Assembly: GCF_009914755.1 (NCBI RefSeq)
Contig: NC_060925.1
Strand: one strand, 5' to 3'
DNA length: 64,000 nucleotides
Origin: the human T2T-CHM13v2.0 reference genome, Homo sapiens
Numbering within the stretch: position 1 is the stretch's first letter; the number at the start of each line of letters is the position of its first letter. The notes under the pieces are model-generated. The model had not been told where the DNA came from and did not search any database. It worked only from the letters and a program-made list of their open reading frames with translations. Shown here piece after piece: positions 42,424 to 59,345 of the stretch. A program made the translations under genes and the position numbers.

Positions 42424-42991
42424 GTCATCCCTCGGTATCCATGGGGGTTTGGTTCTAGAACCTCCCTCAGAAATGAAAATCTGCAGCTATTCAAGTCCCT
42501 GACATAAAATGGCATAGTATTTGCATATAACCTATACATATTCTCCCATATACTTTAAATCACCTCTAGATATGGCATTACTTGTAATACCTAATACAAT
42601 GGAAATGCTATGCAAATAGTTGTTATACTGTATTGTTTAGAAAATAATGACCAAAAGTCTCCACATGTTCAGTATAGATGCACTTTTTTTCAAATATTTT
42701 TGATCCATGGTTGAATTCACAGATGTGAAACCCATGGATATGGAGGGCTGAGCATATGGAAAGAAATATATGATAGGAATTGGTTCATGCAGTTATGGAG
42801 GATGGCAAGTCAAAAATCTGCAGCATGCTGGAGTCCCAGGAGAGTGGACAGGAGGCAGAGACCCGATGGCAGTCTGCTGATTGGATGAGACTCACCTACA
42901 TCTGGAGGGTCTGTTTCCTCAGAGTTCACTGATTTAAACGTTAATCTCATCCAAAAACACTCTCCAAGTTGACATAAAATTAACCATCACA
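42220..42991 (-). mobile_element. MLT2 LTR containing a (TA/CA)n microsatellite and a nested MER2 (about 42422-42756)
   Basis: TGTATTAGTGAAGGTTCTCCAGAGAAACAGAACC...AAAATTAACCATCACA, TSD GTAAG/GTGAG. MER2 reads AGTCATCCCTCGGTATCC...GGATATGGAGGGCTGA. Confidence 0.85.
42274..42422. repeat. Compound (TG)/(TA)/(CA)n microsatellite
   Basis: Directly visible; includes a duplicated block of about 28 bp and a long (CA)n run. Confidence 0.95.
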
Positions 42992-44770
42992 GTGAGTATC
43001 CTATAAGTGTTTGTTCACTGAATTATCTAATTTGATCATTGGAAATCCCATGAGGTAGGAATTACTAGCCCACTTTGCAGGTGTCTCTGGAGCAAGGCCA
43101 TGAGCTTATTTGTTTAAAAATACACAGCTGGAAAGTGGCAACAGCTATGTTGAGCCCACTCTCTCATCAAGTCCGGAACTTACCTTAACAATTGCAGTGC
43201 ACTTTGTATGCACTTCATCTCATTTGCTATACTAAGTAGGACTGAATCCTGAGCAATCTGGCCTTTTGAGAGCAAGAGTTTCTCAACTCTTCTCTGGAAG
43301 TTCTTCCTTACACCTATAAAAACCTTCCTGCTAGGACAGTGGGGAAGAAGAGAAGTTAAGAGTTTGAGGAAATAATCATGGTGCTTTCCCCTAGTACTCT
43401 AAACCTTTTTGGGGTTTGTGTGACTTTTGTCCTTTACTCTCTTTGCAGCAACCAAGTCAATCAACAACATATGAAAGAAAAAAAAAAACAATCTATTTCT
43501 CATTCTAGCCCAATATTTGCTAAGATAGCTGCCATTTATCAGACACCTACTATATGTCAGATAACTCTAAAGAGGAGTAGATACTATTAACTGTGTTTTG
43601 CATTTGAGAAAATTGAGATTCAGACGATAAGTAACCTGCCAGGGTCACAATTTATAAGTAGCAAGACATACTCAAATCTAGTCTGAATCCAAAATTATAG
43701 TCTTCTCACTTTACTACAGGGTTTCTTAACGGAGGTCAAATCTGACTCTCTACTAATTCATTCCACCCAAACCCCGGCCCCATTTCTGTCTATTTCTTTG
43801 CCAAACTGAAGCAGCATGCCATAGTGGATAGACCAGACGTCCTGGAGAGAGAAGCCCTGGGCCCTTTCCAGGCTGTCTGAACAAGTCATTTAGTCTATTA
43901 TTCTACAGTTTATGCATGTGTAAAATGAGGAAAAGAAAAAAGTACCAACATTCAGATTAAAAGAGATGATGTCTGTGATGCTGAGGACTTGACAGTACCG
44001 AATGTGTTAGCTGATATTGTTATAATCCATATACATTGCTTCTTTCTAAATCTACAGTAAACACTTGCAGGGATCCTTTTTTGATTAATACAAATCCATT
44101 TAATCACCTGTTTGATTTGTTTGCCTTGAGCATTAGCAAGTAATTATGAGCTCATTTTCAAATAAATTTGGTGTTTGCTTTGTTTTCTCAAATGGACTGT
44201 TCGGTAAGGCAGGGAATGAATTTTCCATTTCTTTTGTATCTTCTTATCAAGCCCAATGCAGGAATCTTCATTTAACAGGAGCTCAGTAAGTCCAGGTTGA
44301 AGAACTGACTCAAGAATGAGAAATTGTAGGAAAAGTCAAGAAGTCGTTTTGTTCATGGGGTGGAAGACATTTGATGAAGACTGATGTCTGGTGAATCCAG
44401 AAAGTATACATTAAGTTGGGAGCTGTGTCCCTAAGTGGATTGGCAAGGATAAATGGGGACACTGAGGGGCAAAATCTTGAAATCTCAATGCTTACATGTT
44501 TTGAGAGGATGGGTATTGGTTCTTTCTTCTTTAGAGCTGGCATGGTACATTGCAAAAATTATTAAACTAAAAGTCAAAAATCCTGGGCTGTGTTCTAACA
44601 TTTGTAAGTCATTTAACAGCCTTAAGTCAATTTTAAAGCTTGGAACATGATAGTGCTGAACTAGATTATTGTAGGGTTATTTCCAGCTAAAAAATGTTAT
44701 AATACATCAGACAAGAGGCTAACTTTAATATATAAAGGCCTCCTACAAATCATCTATAAAAAAGCCAGTA

Positions 44771-44851
44771 GAGCTTGCAGTGAGCAGAGATCGTGCCACT
44801 GCACTCCAACCTGGGCAACAGAGTGAGACTCCATCAAAAAAAAAAAAAAAA
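44771..44851 (+). mobile_element. Heavily 5'-truncated AluY-like fragment
   Basis: GAGCTTGCAGTGAG...A-tail, with GCCAGTA repeated on both sides as TSD. Confidence 0.85.
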
Positions 44852-45047
44852 GTGCCAGTAGTGCAACAGAGAAGGTGAAGAATATAAGCAGGTAGTTCAC
44901 AGAAAAGATGACAACTCTTAAACAAAAGAGCAATGTAAAAAATTACAACTACAAAGAAATTTGATGTTTTCAACTATCAGATTGGAAATGACCAAAGAGT
45001 TCTAAAATTCACTGTGTAGCTCAGAGTTTGAGGAAGCCAGCACTTTA

Positions 45048-45503
<456 letters not shown>

Positions 45504-46799
45504 CTAGGTATTGATTCTACAGACACACTCCCACACATGAGAAATGACTGTGTATGCAGGCATTCACTGCAGCACTGTTTGTAGTAGCCACAGATTTAAA
45601 ACAACTTAAATGTCTGTTTTTAAAATAAATTATATCATATCCCCATACATGCAATGATAGCAATCTTTAAAAAGAATGAGGCCATCTCTATATGTTCTAA
45701 TGGACAGATCTTCAAGATAATATGGTTTAATGAGAAAAGCAAGGGGCAGGACGGTGTGTACAGTTAGTATCATTTGAGTTACTAAACAAAAAGTATATAT
45801 ATAATATATATTATTTAATGTGCATATTACTGTTTACTTAGAAATACTTTAAAACTTACAAAAGTTGTACAAATAAAACAATATAAAGAACACTTATACA
45901 CCTGTTACCCAGATTCACTCATTATTGTCATTTTAACCCATTTGCTTTATCATTTGAATATATAGTTTTGATATCTCTGGAAACTACCATAAGAAATTTG
46001 TAACAGTGGTTGCCTCCAAAGAGAGAACTGAGTGGCTGGAGGTAGGGGGAAAATGATTACTTTTTATGCTATGCCCTTTTAAACCTTTTGAATTTTGTAT
46101 TGTTTACCAAAAAAATTAAATTAAAAATTACATAAGCATCTCTGCAAAAATTCTGGGGTCTGTACCTTTAGAGAAAAGATTATTATTTTGGTAAAGGAAG
46201 TCAGGTATAAAGGAAAAGTAAAAATAAAAGGGTAAAAATGCAAGTCAACAGACAGTTAAGAGTGATCAAATAGTGATGAGGGATAGCTTCTCTTTAAAGA
46301 ATTGTTCCAGTTGATAAACAAATAAAGAATGATAAAATTAGTTTTTCAGCATTTGCAACTCCTAATGTATCTAGGCAATAGTCAACAATAGCTATTAACA
46401 TCAAAAAGGACATTTATGTTTACATGGCCCCTGATGGAAGTACATACTGCCTGTGAAGGACTTATGCCAAAATAACTGATCCTGAATTGGATCAGCTTCT
46501 AGACCTATTTATTAATCAAAGAATGGACAAGGGTCAGAGGAACATGTTAAATAAAATTGCCTGTCCCTAGGCAATTGTCACAAATGCAGAAAAATATTTA
46601 AGCTTATGCATACACAAAATTAGAATAAGAAGAAGAAATTAACTATAAACACGGAGATTTTACATGATAAAATATAATTTTACACTAATTTAAAAACCTC
46701 AGTAAAATAGATGATTTTCTTGGAAAATAGAGATAACCAAAACTGACTCAAGAATTAGAAGAAAAACCAATTACTAACTCCAGAGAAAGGGTCTGGGTC

Positions 46800-47710
46800 A
46801 GATAGGGTACTAGTCCTGGGCCTTCTGCCCCTAGATCACTCTGTAACCTTCCCCTTCTAGGCATTATCCTCCTGAGGCTGGCCCTTGCAGGGCATGCTTC
46901 CGAGGCTCCAATGTCAGCTGGCTTCTGGTAGATTCAGGAATCGGGAGGTAACAGCAAGAGGCTGGAGACTAGGGGAGGGGATAAGCCAGGTTTTTAAGTT
47001 TTTGTTTGATTGTTTTTGTCCCATTCTACTCTGCCTCTGGTGGAGTCTCCCACACTGGTTACCTCTTTTCTTAGTTTCAGCTTCTTCTAGTCACATCAAC
47101 ATGGTTCCAGCTTCCACTTGATGACTTCAACCTTTCAACTGCAGTGATATCACCTCCTCCTTTTGTTCCCCGCTGGTTAGAAGTGGGAGGGCATCTGCTA
47201 TTGCAAATTCCATTTGGTTGGCTTTTCAGCTCCTTCCATCATGTGTATAATTAATTCCCTGCATTAAATTCCTTCTGTATTCGTCCATTTTCATACTGCT
47301 ATAAAAAACTGTTCAAGACTGGGTAGTTTATAAAAGAAAGAGGTTTAATTGACTCACAGTTCTGCATGGCTGGGAAGACCTCAGGAAACTTACAAACATG
47401 GCAGAAGATGAAGGGGAAGCAAGGCACCTTCTTCACAAGGCAGCAACAAGGAGAAGTATCAAGCGAAGGGGGAAGAGCCCCTTATTAAACCATCAGATCT
47501 CATGAGAACTCACTCACTGTCATGAGAACAGCATGGGGGAACCGTCCCCATGATTCAATTACCTCCACCTGGTCTCTCCCTTGACACATGGGGATTATGG
47601 GGATTACAATTCAAGATGAGATTTGGGTGGGGACACAAAGCCTAACCATATCACCTTCTTATTTAAATACTCGAGTGGTTTCTGTTTCCTTGATTGGACG
47701 CTGACTGGAT
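46800..47710 (+). mobile_element. LTR33-like ERVL LTR, interrupted by a THE1
   Basis: CAGCTGGCTTCTGGTAGATTCAG...TTAATTCCCTGCATTAAATTCC|...GTGGTTTCTGTTTCCTTGATTGGAC. Confidence 0.65.
47276..47653 (-). mobile_element. THE1D-like MaLR solo LTR
   Basis: TGTATTCGTCC...GGTCTCTCCCTTGACACATGGGG...ACCATATCA, perfect TSD CCTTC. Confidence 0.9.
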
Positions 47711-47719
47711 AAAAATAGC

Positions 47720-49765
<2,046 letters not shown>

Positions 49766-49769
49766 AGGA

Positions 49770-50660
49770 ATTCCCTTCCCACTGTGGTGTCCTGAGTTGC
49801 CTCAGGCCAGCAGAGGTATTTTGTTGTTCATAAAATCTGTTATAATTACTGCATTACATACACTTTCAATTCCTTTGACTCTGTCTATTTTCACTGTCCT
49901 TTTCTGTCTAACCCTAACACTCATAAACCCAGATTTTGCATAGTCCCTGCCAACATCTGAATGTGACTGAAGAAAACTATGCAACTTTGTGATTGGTCTC
50001 TCTGTGGTCCTCAACCAGGAAAGGTTCAGTTCCCTGGGCAGTGTTTGGAAGTGGGGCAGAGAACATTTTGATCAGCACAATGATTGAGGGGTACTACCAA
50101 GGGCCAGGGATGCTAAATGCCAAGGAAGATGCCTGCCTGAAACACTGACAGCATCTCCACTGAAAAACATTGTTTGACCACAAACCTTAATGGTCACAGC
50201 TGCCTGAAATCATACTATGATTCCCTCATCAATTCCCTTTCCCACTCTCCTAGAAAAACTTTTATCTCTTCTCTCTTCAAACCTACAATGTCTTCTGCCT
50301 CCTCCTCATTTTTACCCATAAACCATTTTTATCTGTAAACCATACTTCTTATTCAATAGAAAAATAGAAAAGTTCAGAAGGAAACCTCCACATGCTCTTG
50401 ATATCTACCAGTGTACCTACATCTATGCCCACACACTCAGTATCCCATCCTGTCACTATAGGTAAATTGTCCAGGCTAGTTTCTAAGTCCTCTATTTGTG
50501 TACTGGATTTTTCCCCCTTTTACCTACTTGATAACTTCCCTCTTACAATCATTGCATCATCGATTTTCCCCTCTGCTGTATTATTTCCATCAGGATATAG
50601 GCAATCCATACTATTTCATGACCACAAAATACTCTCCCATGACATCATATTTCCCTCTAC
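49770..50660 (-). mobile_element. L2 relic with a MER20-like insert (about 50005-50180)
   Basis: Pyrimidine-rich L2-like text; GGCCAGGGATGCTAAATG resembles MER20. Confidence 0.5.
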
Positions 50661-52754
50661 ATTTTAGAAGGTGGTAATTTACAGGGAGTCACGTGACCTA
50701 GCTCTGCCACCATCTCACCAATGACCTTGAGTTTGCACCTTTGAGTGCCTTTGTACATCTCAGTTTTCTCATGTTAAAATGAAGAGATGATACTAGTTAT
50801 CTTGGAGGTCTATGACATATTGCTTCACAATGTGCATATGCGGCAACAGACACAGCCCATCTAGCCTGTGTTAGGAAGATGCCAAGCTAAGCACCATAGG
50901 GAGTGGAGGAATGGATAAGGCATGCAGTTTTCTGCCTGTGGAAACATAGGGGGACCCAAGACAGGAACACAAGCGACTCTTCTGCAAGGTTAAGGATAAG
51001 GGCCTAAAAATAGGGATTAAGTTCAGAGCAGAGCAGCAGAGGCAGATCAATGAGGTTAGAAGAACTGGGCAAAGCTTTATGGAAGGTAGTGCTTATAATG
51101 GGACTTTAAGGATACTCAAAGGAACAGTATAAATTCAAAGAGATGAAGCAGCTTTGGGTTAAATTCAGTTTTCTTTTGAGGTAAAATAAAGGAAAGTAGA
51201 GGGGGAGGGCAAGATGGCCAACTAGACACAGACAGGTGGAATCATTTCCACCAAGGGACTGAGACGACTAGCATGCTCCTAACAGATCTTCAAAGGGAAG
51301 ACACTATGAATGAAGGGAAGACACAGAAGCTGGGCTGAAAGGGGAGAAAGCTGGAAACCCTACATGGGGATACAGCACACTTGGACTTGTTCCTGATTCC
51401 CAATGGCTTTAGGGGAACGAATGAGTTGAACTGACAAGGAGCAACCCACTCTCACCATGGGCCTCTGGAACCTTGGCAGGAAGAGACCTCTCAACCACCA
51501 TGGACACTTGAATTGGCAGAGAGCTGCTTAGAGAAGTGGTAGGGACAGCCAGCTGAAGTGGAGCCTGGAGGGTTTGGTGTGGGCGTGTCTGTAGCAGAGC
51601 ACAGTCAGGAACAGCTATCCCACTAGGCTTGACTTGTTCCTATAGGAGACTTTAGCCCTAGGGGAACTGTCGGTCCTGAATTCTGCAGGGCAATCTTGCC
51701 CATCAGATGGGGCCAGTGTGACCTGAGCAACCCTTGGTATGGTGGCCTCTCCTGGGGCCTCAGCCTGGCCACACCTGCTTACAGAATAGTCTCAGGTGCC
51801 CTGGGGGCCCACACCATGGTTTTTATGGTGGCAGACCATGCCTGACTGGCAGAGAGCTCCAACAGGGTGGCTCCTACTGCCACATACCAGCCCACATACT
51901 CCCTCCCCATACTGCGGCTTCCCCCCTAGGGCCCATGGCAATTCCCCAAATGTTTTGCTGGTGTGTGTTTGCATGAGTGGGTTTTGCTTTTATTGCCCTG
52001 CTAGCACATGAGAGTGCAGTCTGCCTCACCTCATTCTACTGACCACCATTGCAGATGGAGCCTTGGTGGGCACAGAGCCAGCCAGCCCCACCCCTTCCAG
52101 TGCCCCACCCTTGTGCTAATACTGTGCAGAGAACAGCAGATCCTCCCCCACCCTGAGCAACCACTCCTGCTTGCAGAGCACAAAGAAGGCACCTAGACCT
52201 GTGCCCATTAGTGTCCTGCTCCTGAGTCAACACCACCTCCAACATGACCATGCACACAGTCACCAGCAGGGGCCCCTCTGGCCGTCTTCCCCAACAGCTG
52301 CATTACCTCTATCACTGTGGTGAATGACCACAGGGAGGCAGGCACCCTGCTGCTGCTACCATTACTGCTGACATGTGTGAATGAGGATGGAGCCTGCTGT
52401 CACTGCACTATAAAATGCTTTGGATGACACCACCCATTGAAGTGTAGTGACCAGCAGTCTGGGAGCAACTTGGCCACCTCCAGCACAGTGGATTTTTAAC
52501 CTTAAGGAGCCAGAGAACAAAGTCAAGGCCCCAATACAAGTTCCCCAGAGTTAGAGCACACAGGCCAGGAGGTGGGAGCTGAGCACTGACTCCCTAAAAT
52601 CTTCCAGAAATGAAGCCAGTCAGCTGAATCCACCTTATATCACAATCACAATTTGATAACAATCAAGGTCATCAAATAGGATACCCGTTCAAATAAAATC
52701 AACCCATCCAAAGGTCAGCAACCTCAAAGACCGAAGTAAGATAAGCCCATAAAA

Positions 52755-53770
52755 ATAAGAAAGAATTAGTGCAAGAACCCTGACAACTCAAAAAACCAGA
52801 GTGCCTTCTTTCTTTCAAATGATGATATCACCTCTCCAGCAAGGGTGCTGAACCAGGCTGAGATGGCTGAAATAACAGAAATAAAATTCAGAATATGGAT
52901 AGGAACAAAGATCACTGAGCTACAGGAGTACATTAAAATCCAATCTAAGGAAGCTAAAAATCATAATAAAACAATGCAGGAACTAACAGACAAAATAGCC
53001 AGTATAGAAAATAATGTAACCAACCTGATAGAGCTTAAAAACACTCTACAAGAATTTCATAATGGAATCATAAGTATTAATAGCAGAATAGACCAAGCAA
53101 GGAAAGAATCTGCAGAGCTTGAAGACTGGCTTTCTGAAATAAGAGAGTCAGAGAAGAATGGAGAAAAAGTAATGAAAATCAATGAACAAAACCTCTTGAG
53201 AAATATGAGACTATATAAAGAGACCAAATCTATGACTCACTGGTGTTCCTGAAAGAGACGGGGAGAATTGAACTGACTTGGAAAACATTTTTCATGATAT
53301 CAACCATGAGAACTTCCCTAACCTAGCTAGAGAGGCCAACATTCAAATTCAGGAAATTCAGAGAACCCCAGAAGTTACTTTGCAAGAAGATCATCCCCAA
53401 GACACATAATTGTCAGATTCTCCAAGGTCAAAATGAGAGAAAAAATATTAAAGGCAGGTAAAGAGAAAGGTCAGGTCACCTACAAAGGGATGCTCATCAG
53501 ACTAACAGCAGACCTGTCAGCAGAAACCCTACAAGCCAGAACAGATTGGGAGCCAATATTCAACATACTTATAGAAAAGAAATTCCAACCCAGAATTTCA
53601 TAACCAGCCAAACTAAGCTTCATAAGTGAAGGAGAAATAAGATACTTTTCAGACAAGCAAATACTTAGGAAATTTGTTACCACCTGACCTGTCTTACAAA
53701 AGCTTCTGAAAGAAGCACTAAATATGGAAAGGAAAGACCATTACCAGGCACTACAAAAACACACTGAAGT
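52755..53770 (+). pseudogene. L1 ORF1p, disrupted
   Basis: ORF 52845-53252 (AEMAEITEIKFRIWIG...coiled coil) and later IRLTADLSAETLQAR-type text. Confidence 0.88.
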
Positions 53771-53834
53771 ACACAGACCAGTGACACTACAAAGCAACCA
53801 TATAAACAAGTCTGCAAAATAACCAGCTAACAGC

Positions 53835-55810
<1,976 letters not shown>

Positions 55811-58800
55811 ATCATAAGAGGTTGAGAAAGAGTCAGAGCCTATTGGTTTACTCAGGAGAAAGTGCTTCGGGGACCATGTAGTGAGATGGCCTGAAGAAAT
55901 TTTTATTAACAAAATTTTCTGTTTAAAAGATGGAGAACAGTCATTTTCTATTATTATATACTTTCTTCGCATCTGGAGCTAACATAGTTAAAAATCCAAT
56001 TCAGGAGTGACCACAGGAATACTGTTAGACATGTTAACAATTCACTCAAGTTCGGCATCCTCCAGAAATACTCTGGAAAAATCTTTGCAAGGTCACACCT
56101 CACTAGAATTTTGACCAAATAAAGCCATCCTATGTAGAGTGACTACCACGTAATCTCCCTGGAATAGCCTCCAATGCAATAAAGTTCTAGTTTCCTCAAA
56201 TGCTCACTTGCAACTGTCATATCACACGTGCAAAATTTTTATTTGAAAACTTTTCTAACTATAAGACAAGAAAGTACAGTACAATATTTCTGTTCATAGT
56301 TCACCCAGAATATTATGTACTCAGCAAAGGTCAGGACTAACAGCTCTCTGCAGGAATGTTTGTTTTCAACCCTTCATAGCAAAATAAGATTCTTCAAATA
56401 AGACAGCAATAATCTGGTATGGAGATAGTCAAATCTCCTGGCTTTTATTCTGAACACAACATCTGAGTCTACTCCAACTCATTTCAGGACGTATCTACTT
56501 GAGGAATCTTGATGCTTTTGTCACTTCTTTTCTCGCTCTCCCACCTCCGGGTCAGTTGCCAAAGCATGTTAACTCTGCAACAGGAGATAATCATTGACCA
56601 AGACTCACAGGACTTTCTGAACTGTTTCTGTGGCACTGTGTTCTTTTCAGGAATTTGCCTGGGCAAAGTGCTTGCATTTATTATATTAGATTTGGGCTGA
56701 CAGAGACCATTTCCCAAAGATATAATTCTGGTAATTTCTTTAAATATCTAGGGTTATGCGGTTGGTCTTGATTTACAAAGGATGTGATAGTGATGATGAC
56801 AATGATACTTTGCTAGTTGGATATAGTGCTTCATAGTTTACAATTTACCTGCAGCTATATTTTGAGGGGATAAGAAGAGAACAAAGAACAGAGATAAAGG
56901 CCACATAAAAAAAAAAAAAAAAACCCCGAGAAGCTAGGGTCTTCTGATTTTAGAGCATGTATTCTTTTTGAAAGACTCAATCAAGGTAAGTGCTATAAAC
57001 AAGCAAACCAAGAAGTGGTAGTAGTAGAAGAAAAAATCTTCAAGCCCTAAAACACAGCACAATATTAAGGCATTCTTTCTAAAATGGGACAGACACTCTT
57101 TCATTCACCAAATAATGAATTCTTAGTGAAAATATATCCACCCTTTCAATCTTTACAAATAACTCACTCAATACGAGAAGTCATATTAACTCCTCCCTTA
57201 TATTTAAATATTTAGACAAGGGCAAGACATTGATTTTCTTGCTTTCTGTTCTTCCTACCTTCACCACATAATTGTAAGAGATGGCTTTATAATGCGTGGC
57301 TTTTCATTAAGAAAATTGATAACTTTCAATATTATATACTGTATAAAGTCAAACAAAACATAAAAATGGGTGTGAAACAGTTAAATACCACTCGCATATA
57401 TAGTGGCAATGAATAAGCCATTAAAAAAGTAATGTAATAAAGGATTACATATTTATATATCATACAAGAAGTAAGCAGGGCTTTCAATAAATGTGAGAAT
57501 CCAAGGTGGCACTTAGCCCCATCAGCTAGTGAAAAAAAAAAAAAAAAACACATATTAAATGCCAGTATTCTGCTCAGCACCAGATAGTATTGGAGACAGA
57601 CAATGCATACTTTGCCCTACTGAAGTTCACCATCTAGGTGGGAAGTTGCTGTCTTTCACCAAAACCCATCTAGAGGATTAATAAAACTCCTCTTATTACT
57701 CTAGCAATTTAAAGAAAATATTTTGTAGCAGAACTCAAGAACCTATTTGCAGATTTGGAGAAGACTGGCAAATCTAATGACTGCAAGGATTGCCCAAGTA
57801 GTAAATAGGTACAGAAATGGTTGCAGTAATAGAAATACAGCTGCTAAGATTCTGTACTGTGAAGCCTGAAGCTACAGCAATTGTCAGAGTGACAACTGAA
57901 ATTAGTTGCCATGTTCACAAGAAGGTCACTGGTCTCCAGTGACCCAGAGGGGTCCCACACCAACTTGGATCACACAAGCAGCTGGGTGATACAAACCAGC
58001 ATGATGAAAGGGAGAGGATCTAAAAGAAAACAAGGCTTTCATACATTAGCTTCTTGAGTGATGGAAGGGGGAGGGGTGAGCAGAGAATGAATAATCATAA
58101 ATACAAGTAGGAAGTTGGTGGCTCCCCTTCTGAGGATAAGAATGTGGTCCCAAAAACAAATTCAAAGATCAGATGTTCATACAGGATTACAGAGTACAAT
58201 ATGGGAAGTTCTGGACAAGGATGATTTTCAGAATCATAGGAAAGGCAGTTAAATGCACAGCAAGAGAGTCTAGAATCATGGTGGAGACTTGATTAAGCAG
58301 AAAGTCTATCTCACCATGCTGTATGTGGACCAATGACACCATCTGCTTCCAAACATTGAAATATCAAACATAGGGAAGCCATACAGAATTAGACAAATAC
58401 AAGGCATATAAGCGGTTACTACAAGATTTCAGTAACTTTTTTCTTCTCAATACAGGATGTCATGATAGTCGTTTTCAGCAGAGTGATGCAAACAGCTGTG
58501 ATCGGTTAGCATTCAAAATAACCTTTCTGCAATACCTGGAGTAGGCTTTTTCTAGACCTCTTTTATGAGTGGGGAAAGATATATTAATATGTTGCCTATC
58601 AAGATTCTCATTGGATGGAGGACCAAGTGAAGAGGAGCTTTCAGGTGGCTGATTACATTTTAGTGCAGATATTTGTAAGGTATTTTAAAAATTTAACATC
58701 ACCATCAGGCTATAAGATACATAAAGCTAAGGACTATGACCATCTTGTGCAAGACCTGTATCCCTAGAGTGTAGTGCATAGTAGCTGCTTAATAAGTATT

Positions 58801-58861
58801 TTTTAGCAAACCTGCTCTTTAGTTGGACACAGTAGTGTGGGTTCAGTTACTGACAGCTATA

Positions 58862-59345
58862 ATCAATTCTCATTATTTGCAGTAATGTTTTATAAAGTCA
58901 TCATAAACACTGAATTAGTGAATACTGAAACACTGCTCCTAGGGGAAATACAGAGTGAGGTTCCTGTGAGCCTCTGGTCACAACATTTTCATCAACTAGT
59001 TAATATATAATATTGTTTTATGTGTGTTTCTGTTTAAAGACATCTTATTTAACAAATATTGTTGATTCATTAAAATTGAACTCAACAGCACTAAACTCAT
59101 GCCTAAACAAAGCTTATCTAACACATGTATTTTCTCTGTAAAAGCAGAAAGGAAGACCAGACAGAAAGGAAGACCAGATAGCGCTTCAGCACTACACTTG
59201 GGACCATTTTAAACAGCAAAATTACCAAAAAAGGAGCAAAAAAGAACCAAAAACAACAACCAAAAATCATGGCACTAAATAGACCATTCCAAGGAAAATT
59301 GTTGATGAGAGTCAGAACAAGAGGGCAGAGCATCACCTTGTTCTA
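58862..59345. mobile_element. MER82-like Tigger derivative, partial
   Basis: TTCTCATTATTTGCAG...GCTCCTAGGGGAAATACAG...GAGCCTCTGGTCACAACATTTTC. Contains a 17-bp tandem duplication (CAGAAAGGAAGACCAGA x2) at 59145-59178. Confidence 0.75.

Noticed and set aside
42114-42539. Cys/Val/Tyr/His-rich ORFs
   Set aside because: They are translations of the microsatellite.
57924-57944. Perfect hairpin GGTCACTGG-TCT-CCAGTGACC, resembling an estrogen response element
   Set aside because: The half-site spacer is 11 nt rather than 3, and one 9-bp stem in 64 kb is compatible with chance.
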